27,582 nucleotides of DNA from Candidatus Omnitrophota bacterium (GCA_016196515.1 JACPXN010000097.1:1-27582); one strand, 5' to 3'; counted from the stretch's first letter, positions 1 to 12,000 are shown. Numbers and translations are program-made. Notes: generated by a model from the sequence alone, not told the origin.

Positions 1-2
1 GA

Positions 3-3000
3 TGGGGCCGTATATTTGCGTTTGCATCGCCCAAGGCAAACCAGGCGGCCGAGGCCTTGGCCCGCATAAAGGCGCAGATCTATAGAGAACTTCAAGGCGG
101 CGTCCCGGCAAAAGGCATCAAGGCGGTTTTTGAAGAACTGCTGGCTTTGGACGAAGAGGCCCGGAAGATATTTGAAAAATGGGGGAGGGACCTTATTCTT
201 AATGCCATTGACCCGGCCATGGGGCTGTGGCTTGTACCGAACATAGGGGAACATGCGCAGGTCCGCGAAGAACAGATCGCCTTGCTGGGGAAATTTCAAT
301 GCCCGTTTATGATCGGCACAGAGACAGCTACTGAGGGACCATCCACGGGTATTTTTAAGTTGGTGATCGAGCCCTGGTTCGCGGCGCAAAAAGCCGAGCT
401 TGAAAAGGAAGGGCTCACCGACGCCTATAGGATGGCCGTTTGTGATATTTTAAACACCGCATTGCGTGAAAAGCCGGGAAGATGGGCAGAGGGGTTCTAT
501 CGGCAGATTTATGATTCATCAGAACAATTTGACCAAATGTTAAAAACAGCTATGGAGAAGTTGACTCAAGAGCCGGGCAAAGAAAAATTTAAAAGAAACG
601 TGGAGTTGGCCAGAAAAAATGTGGCTATGTGCCGGGAACTTTGCGGCGTTTTTGAGGACGCGATGCTGGAGCTTTTGAGCGATTATTCCGGTTTGAGCAA
701 GGAACTTAAAGGCCTGATCATGCGCGAAGCCGGCGCGGCAAAATATCACGCGCTCCATGAGATCGCCAATGAATGGCTGGCCATTTTACAACCAACAAAG
801 TATCAGCAGGAAGAGCCCCTGATGGCGGTCTTTATGGATGCCAAGCGTGCGTATCTCCAAACAGTTTCGGCGCAGATGAATCTTTTGGAAAAAGGGGATT
901 TTGCCCATGTGAGTTTGCGCATGCTCCTGGCCGAGGGCCGTCAACAGCAGGTTGATCTCTTGGCCCAAAGAATAGCGCCGCATTACCGCGAAGGTTTGTT
1001 CAAAGAGCAGGAAGCCGCGGCTTTCTTTGATAACATTGCCGCGGTCCTGTTGGGCGAGGCCGACAGCCGCGTGAAGCTGGACATCAAGATGGAGCACGAT
1101 GGACCCGTGGTCTTAAAGCTCAATTTCGTCCCTACCCCGGGAGAGTTCCGCCGTTTGGAAGATCTGTTGAATAGCAGGCTTGAGGCGGTGATCAATGGGC
1201 AGGGAACAGTTACCTCTCATTATCTTTTGTGCAGCACGAAGAAATATCCCACTTATATCATTGATGCCTCCCGCCCGGATGAAACCAAGGGCCTTTTGCC
1301 CAATGAGGAGGTCATTTTAATGAACGGAAAAATATACCTGCGTCCGGGCAAGACCCGCCGCAGGGAATCCGCGTTACAGGTCGAAGCCGCACAGAAGTTT
1401 GACCGGGCCGTGCGCGTGAGGGCGCCGTCCTCGCGGGTGCGCGTTGGGGCCAATCAGGACACACCGCAGGGGATCAAGTTTGCCGTCGGTGAGAACGGCG
1501 CGGATTTTATCGGGCTGGCGCGCCTTGAGAACATGTGCGACCGGATGGTCTTTTTGACGGCGCGGGAATTCGCGCAAAAGTTTTTGGCCATTGTTGATGC
1601 CGCGAAGGGTAAGCCGGTCACATTGCGCGTGGTGGACATCCCTGAAAAGACAGACAAGGTGCCGGCGCCGTTCGCCTTTGCCCGCAGACAGGGCGATCTC
1701 TGGTGGAAAGACCATCCGTTAGGCAGGGCCGTGACGCGCCAGATCGCCCGCGCGACCCAACAGCTTTTGGAACAACGCAAGACGGCGCAGGTGAAGTTCA
1801 TTCTCCCGATGGTCAATTCGACCGAGGACTTGGACGAGGCCGACGGTCTGTGGAGCCAGGCCATCGGCCGCGCGCCGGACAGGCGTTTAGGGGTCATGGT
1901 TGAAACCAAGGGAGCGCTGGATGATCGCGAGCGTCTGGCGCGCCGGGCCGGGGCAAGCAGTTTCGGCACGAATGACTGGACCGCGGCGCTCTACGGCATT
2001 GACCGCCTTGCGGCGGAAAGCGCAACATTCTACGACAACATCATGCCGCGCATCGTGTGGGGCGAGGCGCATTATGCCCGCCTGGCCAATGAAGGGGGAG
2101 TTATTCCCAGCGTCTGCGGCGACCAGGCCGGGGACAAACGTTTTTGGGTCGTGCGTGATATTTTCAAGCGCAGGGGGATATTGATCGACATTAGCGTGGC
2201 TCCGGCGCTGGTGCCATTGGCCAAGACCTGGATCGATGTTCTGGAACGGCTGGATCCGGGAAAGGTCCCCGGACTATCACTCGTGGAGAACATGGTGGGC
2301 CATATTATGGATTCTCGCTATGAAGACCTTGGCGATAGGGCCAATGAGGCCTTTGACACGGCCTTGCGCGAAGTGGTCAAAACCGTTGACCGCGCGCTGG
2401 GTGAAGAATTACGGGCATTGGATACGACCCCGCCGTTCGTCCCTGACCATGGACCATCCAACGACGGCAAGGTGCGTGATCTGGGGACGCTGGTGGTGAT
2501 GACAGTGGGCTTAGGTTCTTTAAGCGGGTTCTATGGCTTGACCGCGCTGGCTGTATTTGTTTTGTCCGCCGTGTTTATGGCCATGGGCCATTGGCGCAAC
2601 CAAGAAACAGCACAGCAGAAGGTGGAAAAAGAATTGCGCCGTGGTTTGGGCAAGATCATGGAACTGTTCGAGCGGGCCCACGGCACCTCCGCGCAAAATA
2701 AAAATGCTGACCACGTTTTGATCAGAAAATTGCGCGCCGGTGTTATCCGTCACAATATCGACAACCCCTATCGCGTAAAGAAAGGGACCGCTGTTACTAT
2801 TCTGATCAACGGGGATACGATCATAGACGCCCTTCCCCAACGCCTGCGCCCGCGCAATTATCCCATGCAAAAACCGTGGGCCGTTGTCTTTACCTATTTT
2901 GACCATCCGATCCGCCGCTGGGCGCATTTTGAGAGCATGGTGTCCCTCTACGGCCGCGGCGAACCAGGCCGCGAACGTTCCAATCAAAGCACCGGCCCGG

Positions 3001-6000
3001 TGGATTATGTCGCGGACAAGAAGGCGACGAATCATTTGCGCTGGTTTTCAATAGCAGTCGTGGCGGCCTTCCTAGGTGTTGTTACGGCGCACGCGTGGGC
3101 CGTGGGGGTGGCTGTTCTGGGCGTAGGCGTCGCAATGACGGTCATTCTTGTTCCCTTGATATGGGCCCTGCACCATAAAGACAATCAGCGTCATATCCGT
3201 CTTTTAAGCGATGGCCTATTGGAAACAGTCGCTTTGGCCCATGGCATGTCGGACGCATCCAACGCGCTTGTTCCTTTTGATGGCGCCTTTGCCCGCATCG
3301 TCGGCGGGATAGGCGCAAGCCGTAGGGCCATTTTACGTGAATGGGCCAGGTCCTTGACCTTGGTCGATGTTTTGGGACAAAGCTATATTCCTTATTATGG
3401 GATGCGCTTGGATTCTGAAGATATGGAAAGGGTGGAAGATACCGCGCGTGCCACAGCCAGGGATGTCAATATCATTCTTCCTGGTCCCGTGACCCTTGGG
3501 CACAGCGTTTCGGGTGGCGGGCTTCCCATGCAGGAATGGCATTTAAAGGGCTTGAGCGTCTATAAATTATTCCGTATGTTGGTCCGCTTGCCGTTCGTCC
3601 AGAAGAATTTCTTTCAAGGGGTCGTCATATCCCGAGAAACCAATGAGCCCTTTGTCGGCTTGGCCATCCACGGTCTTAATAACCGGATCGGCATGGATAT
3701 TGTGAGAAGTTTGTCCCTGGACGAATCAGCGGCGGGTGTTGAGTTGGTCGGCATCATTGGGCGCAGGGAAGGGTATAGCAACAGACGCTTCCAGCAGATC
3801 TACGCCACGCAGGGCGGTTTGCCCAATGCAGTGATGCGGCAGATCTTTAAGAATATCACCAATCAAAGCTCGGCATTTCTCAATCATGTGCGGTTGCCTG
3901 AGGGTGTTGTGCGTAAAGAGTTCGTTCCCGGCGGGTCTACCGATGCCCTGGCGCGGGCGCAAGTGATCATTCTTGCCGGGCGCATAAATTCTTTTACCGA
4001 AGAAGATGCCCTTGCCCTTATTGTCCTGGCGCCGGCTGTCAATGGCGGCCGGCCAGGCGCCATCATCATTGAGGCAACCCCCTATGCCGCAAGCGACGAG
4101 GCCAGGAAGACATTGGCGGACAGCGGCCGGTTATTGATCAATGCGTCCACCGCCAATATCGGTGAATTGACGGCCATGGCCATGGAATATCAATACCGCT
4201 TGCGCGCGGAGAAATTCAAGCCGCATCACGGCGAATATGTGAAGACCGAGATAACAGGCCGTGTCATCGCTAATGCGTACCGGCAAATGCGCAATTTGCA
4301 GGACATACCGGAGGACCAGCCGCGTCAATATCTTGAAATGGTCGCACGGGAGAACATCAATTACATTCAGAGATTTGATGCCTTGTTGGATTGGCTGTTC
4401 GACCAAACCGAGCGCATGGACCGTTTATCGTCGGTCCTGCGCCAGGAAGAACTGCACCGGCTTTCTCTGCGGTTTGAGCGGGAAACAGGCACGGGGAACG
4501 ATCATCAAGAAGCCGCGCGGAGATTCATCGGCCTTGTCCGCCGGCAAACCCGCCGCGTGCCCGACCAGAGCCGTGATCTGAATTACACGTATTTACTGCG
4601 GCAGACCGTGTTTGAACAAATATCCGGACGGTGGGTCAGTCCCGAGGAGATTGAGAGATGCGTGCCGTTATTATCGGACAAGAGCGCGCAAAACAAAATG
4701 GGGCGGGTGGCGGCGGTGTTCTTGATCGCGGAACGTATTTATAAAGACCAAAAAGAGCGTGGTGTGGTCCAGGGACTTTTAGCCGAGGCCCTTAAGGATG
4801 AGTATTACGCGGTGAATATGCAGGCGGCGCGCGCCATGGTGGTGCATGGGCATGAAGGGGCCCCCGGGGACCTGATCGACGCTTTGGGAACACAAATGGA
4901 CAGCCGCGTGCGTGAGATGATCATGTACGCGCTGATCCACGGGAATTTTAAGATCAACTGGCCGGAGCAAATTTATAAGGCCAGGGAACGATTGGGGACG
5001 GCCAGGGCGGGATTGAAAGATCAATATAAGCGGCGGCGAAAATTTAAGGAAGATCCGGAAAAGACCGCCGCGGTCCAGGCCGAGATTTACGAGGCCGCTC
5101 AACAAGTGGCCAATGCCTCGTTTTTTCTTGGTTCTTTATACCGCGTGCGGGCGCGCGGCGGCGTCGGCGGGGCGGCCGCTTTAGCCGTCCATTTTTATCA
5201 TCAAACAAGCCGGTATTTCCGCCTGGCGACCGGCGAGGCCGGACGCAGGGCCCTGGAATTCAACATTAAGATCGCGGACCTATGGCATGAGATCGGCGAA
5301 GAACGCGGATCTTGGGACGCATTGATTGAAAATGACCGCAAGGCCGTTGCCGCGTTATTGGATGTTTTCTCCGTCGCTGGATCATCTTATTTGATATTTT
5401 CTGGGTCAAAACCGTACGCACAAGTGACCGCCAAAGGGCTTGAGTTCATACGTTCCCAAAACCCAAGGACGGCATTTAAAAAATTATTGATGATCTATGG
5501 TTTTGAGGCCACTGCCGCGGAAGACTTTGCGTATGCCGTCACGGAGTTTTTGCGCCGTAAGCCCCCCACGCAAGACGGGACAAGGGATTTCTGGATGCGC
5601 AAGGAAACGCATTGGGCCGGCCTTAGAAGGGGCGTGAGCGAACTCATGGGGGAATTTTCTCTGAGCGAAGTGGGGCGTGCCGTCAACAAACATGAGATTT
5701 GGTCCCAAAACTCGGTGTGGATGAAACTGATCTTATTAACGGGCTCATATTTATTCGTCCCTGTGGAGTTGAAGTTAAACGCCCGGGCCCCGTACGAGGG
5801 GTTCAATGAACAGGTCGCGGCGCTAGAGGCGCTCGTCCGCAAAATGATCGTCGCAAAAAAGGTCCCTGACTTAAACAAGCAGGGGCTGTCCCCGGAGGCC
5901 CTCGATTTTGTCAAATGGCTGCTCAAAGAAACGGGCGTGTTAAAAGCCGGGCGCAGAGGACAATGGGCCGCGTTCCGCGGCAAGCTGACAAAAGAAGAGA

Positions 6001-9000
6001 AGGAGAAATTGGAGGTATTTAAGGCGGACGCCGGTTCCCGGCGCCTGTTGGATCCCCGGACGGTTGCAAGCGCCATTGACCTGGTGGTCCCGGCATTGCC
6101 CCGGGACATGCTGGCGCCAAAGAAGGTATTTTATATTGAAACCTCCGGCCGTTCGCCGCCTAATGCGACCTTTGTCAACGATGACATTGTTGTGTTCGCA
6201 GGCCCCCAAGTAAAGATCATCCCTTCCTTATTGGCCCGTATTCTTATCCATGAGATCATTGAGTCCTACTGGGTCCAACACCACCCGTCGGTGCGCATGG
6301 AGCGCAGGCATGAGTTGGCCCGCCAGGCCGAGGCATGGCAGGGTATTGCCGCCGAGGGGGCTTCGGACATCATTCAAATGTTTGAGTTAAGGGACAAGCG
6401 GCCCGTGACCGGGCCACTGACCAGACGACACCTTCCTCCGTTCATTGTCCAGCAACGCCTGAAAGCCAAAGACCTGTATGCCGCGTATTTCGATATGCTC
6501 ACCATGTTTGACGGGATATTCGAGCATCCGTTCGAAGCGGAATCCCGGGCTTTGGAAAATTATTGGCATTCGTTCGGATGGGAGCATCTGACCCCCCTGG
6601 CCATACAGTTGCGGGAGATCCGCGAGTGCCAGGACAAGGTGAGACTGTTGGGCGCGCGTTATCAGATCTGGGAGCAGTCGCGCACCACGGCAGAACTCTT
6701 TTTGCGCAAACAACAACTCTATAACCGCGTAGGGCTACCTACGGCCGGATCCATGCCTGTTCAGGCGCAGGATGTGCGCGCGGTTTTCGAGGTCCTGCAG
6801 GATTTGCCGATCCGCGACAGCGCCCAGTTCATTGTCTTGCAGGGCCTTGTCGATGACCTGTTGAACACCTCGTGGTCCGGGGAGATATGCGACGGGCCGG
6901 CCTGGTTCTTCGACCAACTTCGCTTTGCGAAAATACCCGTGGCGGCCATGCATGACAGCCGCAGGGTTTACGTCGATCCCCGCCTGAAAACAAGGCAACG
7001 CACAAAAGACATCCTTTATTACAGAGCGGCCATGGCCGGCCAGCGTTTGTCCGTCCTGGGGTATCCCAAGGAAGCGTGTTTGGCGACGCAGGGCGGGATC
7101 TATGTACATATGAAAGAGCGGGAGAATTACGAGGCCTATAAGACGTATGTGTCCCAACAACAGGAATTGGATGCCCAGGTGCGTCCAAAATTGCGTTTGT
7201 TCCGTCAGTGGGTCTGGGCGCGGCATGTTCGTCGTCATTTCTCCCGCCGTTCGCGGGAACTTATGATCATCAAGGATTATAGGCGTTTGCATCAGGGGTC
7301 TGTGCAGCTGATCCGGATGTCCGGGTTACTGGAACAAATAACGGACGTCAGGGGTCGATTGGACAGGACCTTGCTGGTCCAGCTGACGGGCCGTGCGTCT
7401 AAACAAAACAGGAGAGACCTCAGGTCCCTGCGCCAGGAAGAAGAAAAACTCCACGAAAGGGTCCTTTATTTTCTGGGAACAGGGCCGGACAGACGTGCTT
7501 TAATTCCGAGGTTTTTTGCGCTGATCTGGAGGAAGTTACAGGATGGGACCGACCTCGCCGCTACCCGCGATAGAAAAATATTGACCCCACAGCAGGAACA
7601 AATACTAAGAGAGACATTCCGCGAACAAGAGGAACATGTGCGTAACTTCTCCAAGCCATTGTTCATAAGATATATCAATGAAACGGCTGTCCGTCTTCTG
7701 GCCCTGCAATGGATCACCACGGATCATTTGGCGTATTCTTTAAAGAAGAGGGGTGGGAAAAAGGATATCCGCACCATGAACGGGTTCTTTGATGATTTAA
7801 AAATAATGGGAGCGGATCTGTGGGCAATGCATTATCAAGACCGTTTGAGCAGAAGAGAAAAGATGCTTGTTCATGAAGATCTGGTCAATGCCCGGGACAA
7901 ACAGAAACTTTACGGCGTACTCACCCACGAAGAGGGGGCGATCAGAAGGTTCCCGCATGATTTTAATTTGATCCTGCAGGGCATTGTCGAGTTCGGGCTT
8001 GCCGGGGTCACTGGACAGGAGAGGATCAAAATCAAACAGATGGGTCAGAATGGCCTTAATCGTCCGCAGAAATTGCTTTTAGTGCGCCTGCGGGCATGGC
8101 AGGAAGATATGCAAAGGAGCCCCGGCAATCATAGGTATGGTCTGATTTTTGTAGACTCCCAGATCAAATCATTGCTTAAAGGGGCTGGACGCGGAGTGTT
8201 GGGAATGACGGCGGAAAATTATAGGGACACAATACCCAATTCACTCCAAGGCGGTTTCAATGTGGGCGTGATGGCGGTTGTGGGTTTGATCGGCGCGGCA
8301 CTGTTTGCTTTTATGAGCTTGGCCGCTTCAACTGCCCGTGCCACGGGTCTGTTCGCCGCGCCGGTCGGGGTACAGACAACAGCACAGTCAATGCCGTGGA
8401 TGATGCTCTTGGCCGTGGTATTGGCCGGTGGGTTAATGCTTGGCGCGCGTAGAGTCGCCGCGGGAACCGCGCATAACAATGATCGACAATATTACACAAA
8501 AAAACGTAATGGACAACATGAACAAACCTGCGCCTGTAGAACCGCTCATAATGTACCCCTTTCGTCTGTCAATAATATTATAGAGGTAGAATACAACATT
8601 ACAAAAGAAAAGAACCCTATAAGAAATATCCCTTTTTCGAATGTCCCTGCAACAACTTGCCCGAAAATCAACGTAACGGCTGCCAGGTTCCCAAGATTAA
8701 ACAGGGCTTTACTTAGCTCCTTACGTTGGATCGAATTGAACGTCATTGAAAAGGTAAGCATGATAAAAGACCTCCTGCGGATATTGACGGGGGGAGTTGA
8801 TGTTGTAAAGCGAAGCATGGGGAATGCTTCATTAACGACTATGACAATAAATATATCAATAGATTATGGACCCATGGCCGCAGCCGAAGCCATTGCCACG
8901 CTCGCATTGGATAAAGCGCAAGTCATCGGATATCGCAAAGGAAACCAGCACAGCATTTATACAGTGATCGCCCGCGCGGAGATCCCAGGCCATCAGTTCC

Positions 9001-12000
9001 TGAGCCGCGAATTATTTGATACCGACAGGCCGGGACGTTCCGGCAAATATGACCTGTTGTTCAACGCCCAAGGGCATTTGCTGGCCATTTTCCCTGTGTT
9101 TGGTTTTAGCATTTTACGGCGGCATAAATTCCTGGATTTTTCTCCGTTCTATGTCGCTGTTCCCCGCCTGGATTCTCCCGGTGCATCCGAAAAATGGGAT
9201 GCGTTTTACAAGGAATATTTATCAAACCAGAAGTTGATCGAAGGATATCAGAAGCGTTTTTCCATTTGGGGCAACAGTTATGTGGAGGTGGTCAACGGAC
9301 CCTATGAATACGTGGAGATCAACAAGGTAACAGGGGAATGGGAAGGCCGCGAACTGAATGTGGCCAGGGCCCAGCCGTATTTTGACATGAAGAGTCATTC
9401 TGTGCATCGCGCCCTTATCCCCGTGTTCCCCAGCGTTTACGCGCAGACATCCATTACAAGCGCCAAAGACCGTACCTATTATTCGTCGCTTTGGGCAGAT
9501 ACTCCCGCACCTGTCGGGTTACGGGAAGGCGGCCGCGTCGTTCTCGTCGGACCAGGCTCGGGTCCGGACGCCTGGGTGCTGGCCTTAAAGACAAAGACCG
9601 CCATCAGGGTATTTGGGAAAAATCCCATGGAAGTGGCCAATGTGCGGGCAACGGCCCGCTTGCTTGGTTTTTCCGTGCGGGCCGAAGTAGCGGACAATAT
9701 CATTGATGACCGGGGCCATTTGAGGTTTGACCCGCTGGATTATGATCTGATCGTATGGAACATGCCCAATTATGCGCCGGACTCCGGATATTATGTGAGG
9801 AAAAAGTCCGTCGGATTTGAGTCCATATGGGACGGTGAACACGGAGAAGTGCTCACCCGTTTTGCCATGGGGGTTAAACACGCCGCCCGGCGTAATCCCG
9901 CCATACGCGCATTCATCTGGAACAGCGGGTTTCGCCAGGTGGGGGAAGTGTTTGGCCGCAATGGCTTGTATACACAAAGATATCTTTTGGACAGGTCCAA
10001 TCTTGCGGTTTATCTCATTGGCCGCCGGGCAGCGCAGGAAAATTATAGGGACACAATACCCAATTCATTCCAAGGCGGCTTCAATGTGGGCGTGATGGCG
10101 GTTGCGGGCGTGATCGGTGCTGCCGGTGTGGGGATCATAACATTAACGCTTAAGGGCATGCCGGTACAAAACGGGTGGGGCGCTGTTTTGGTGGTTTTGG
10201 CCGCTGTGGGGTTAATGCTTGGCGCGGGTGGAATCGCCGCGCGTGTTGCGAATGGCGATAAAAAGCGCAAACAGTCCAAAAATGAACAAAAAGATCATAT
10301 AGGGCATCGCAGGGCTCATAGTCATCTCCTTTCACTTAGTAGAATTATAGCACAGGCAAAAAATAATAAAAAAGATAATAGCCCCATTACGAATAACCAG
10401 ACATCGGGCCGTCCTGTCACTGTCTGGCCCAATATAATGAATGGGTACATAGAAACAGTCCTCTGGAGATTTTTAACGGGGGGAGTTGATGTTGTAAAGC
10501 GAAGCATGGGGAATGCTTCATTAACGGCTACGGCGATAAATATATCAATTTTTGGGCGATTTGTCAAATGGACCGTTGCCGCCGACCCCGCCCGCACCAA
10601 GAACAAAATGACCCCGGAGGAGCTGGCCGACTTGAATGCCCGGATGGAGGCGTATATCAAGGAGCATAAACAAGAGGTCCTTTTACAGCCGCCCGCGCAT
10701 GCCCAGGAGAAAGCGCGCGTCATCGCTTTGTTGAGTTCCCGGAAGGAGAATCAGGCTGATGCCAGGGCCCTGGCAGACGCCAAGGTCATCAACGCCCCGC
10801 CGTCTTTGCTGGCCGTTATCCTTGATTCGAAAGCATCCCGCAACAGCAATACCGTCTTTTCCGTGCTTCTTACCATTGGTGGAATAAATTATATAGTCCC
10901 GATCGCAGATATTGAAGCCAGTCTCATGTATGAAGCGGTGAACAGCCGCTTGCGTGCGCAAGGGGCTGGGTACGATGAGATCTGGGAAGCGTATTGTCTC
11001 CTTGGCAAAGACATCACCATAGCATTGGAAGACCATAGCGCGCGCCATGACGCATTCGATGCCATGGGAACACAATTGTTAGTTGGAATTTGTTCAGCAG
11101 GATTGGCGTTAAGCGCCGCCGTGTTGGCTTTGTCCGGTTGTGCTACAGCACCCGAGAAACCTTCTGCGCCGGATTCGGCTGAATTACAAAGAGACTTTGA
11201 TGCGGCGTCCAGCCAGGCAGAGCATTTTTCCCGGGAAAAGACCGATGACCCGAAAGTATTGGAGGACATGGCAGGGATATTAAAAAGATGGATAGGCCCG
11301 GCGACCGTGCAGACCAGGGTGTATGCCCTTCGGGCGTTGGCGTTAAGCGGGGACAAAACAAAGGGTGAAGTGATCGTCAAGTTCGCGCTGAATAACCCGG
11401 AGGCCGATTTGCGCCGAGAAGCAGTTAAGGCCCTGGGAGGGCTCGGGGACAGGAGCGTTGCAGATGATATTGTCAAGCGCTTGTCGGACAAGGACCCCTG
11501 GGTCGTGGCCGAAGCGGCGCGGGTCCTGTGGGATTGGAAGCATGCGGGGGTCGTCAAGCTGTTGACCGACGCTTGGGAGGCGGCACAAGGCAAGGAGGGT
11601 TTCTGGCCAGCGCGGTCTTTGATCGAAGATATTTTACGCAAGGCAGCGGGAGACAGCGATAACTCGATGAGTGGGCCCGCGAAAGAATGGCTCAAAAATC
11701 ATGGGGACACAATACCCAATTCCCCTCGGGCTGGATCTGCTGTGGGCGTGATGGCGGTTGCGGGCGTGATCGGTGCTGCCGGTGTGGGGATCACAACATT
11801 AACGCTTAAGGGCATGCCGGTACAAAACGGGTGGGGCGCTGTTTTGGTGGTTTTGGCCGCTGTGGGGTTAATGCTTGGCGCGCGTAGAGTCGCCGTGGCT
11901 GCCGCGCATCACAATAAAGGTCCCGATCGTAGCGATTACAGCAATAGCCAGATAAGTCCATCCAACACCGTTCATATTATTCCCCCTTCATTCCTAAGCA

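Noticed and set aside
57-59. TTG at 57 as the start of the giant gene
   Set aside because: The frame is open to the window edge and there is no convincing SD; the gene most likely starts upstream.
540-7720. Many minus-strand and off-frame ORFs under the first two-thirds of the giant gene (e.g. 2520-3035, 5495-6109, 6735-7292)
   Set aside because: No SD or coupling, no paralogous conservation, no compositional shift and no motifs; typical shadow ORFs of GC-rich coding DNA.
10889-11695. 268-aa minus-strand ORF
   Set aside because: S/A-rich antisense shadow of the HEAT region with no domain signal.
8213-11895. Repeats as a CRISPR array or DGR template/variable pair
   Set aside because: Spacing is 1.6-1.8 kb and no cas genes are present; mismatches are not adenine-specific and no reverse transcriptase is in the window.
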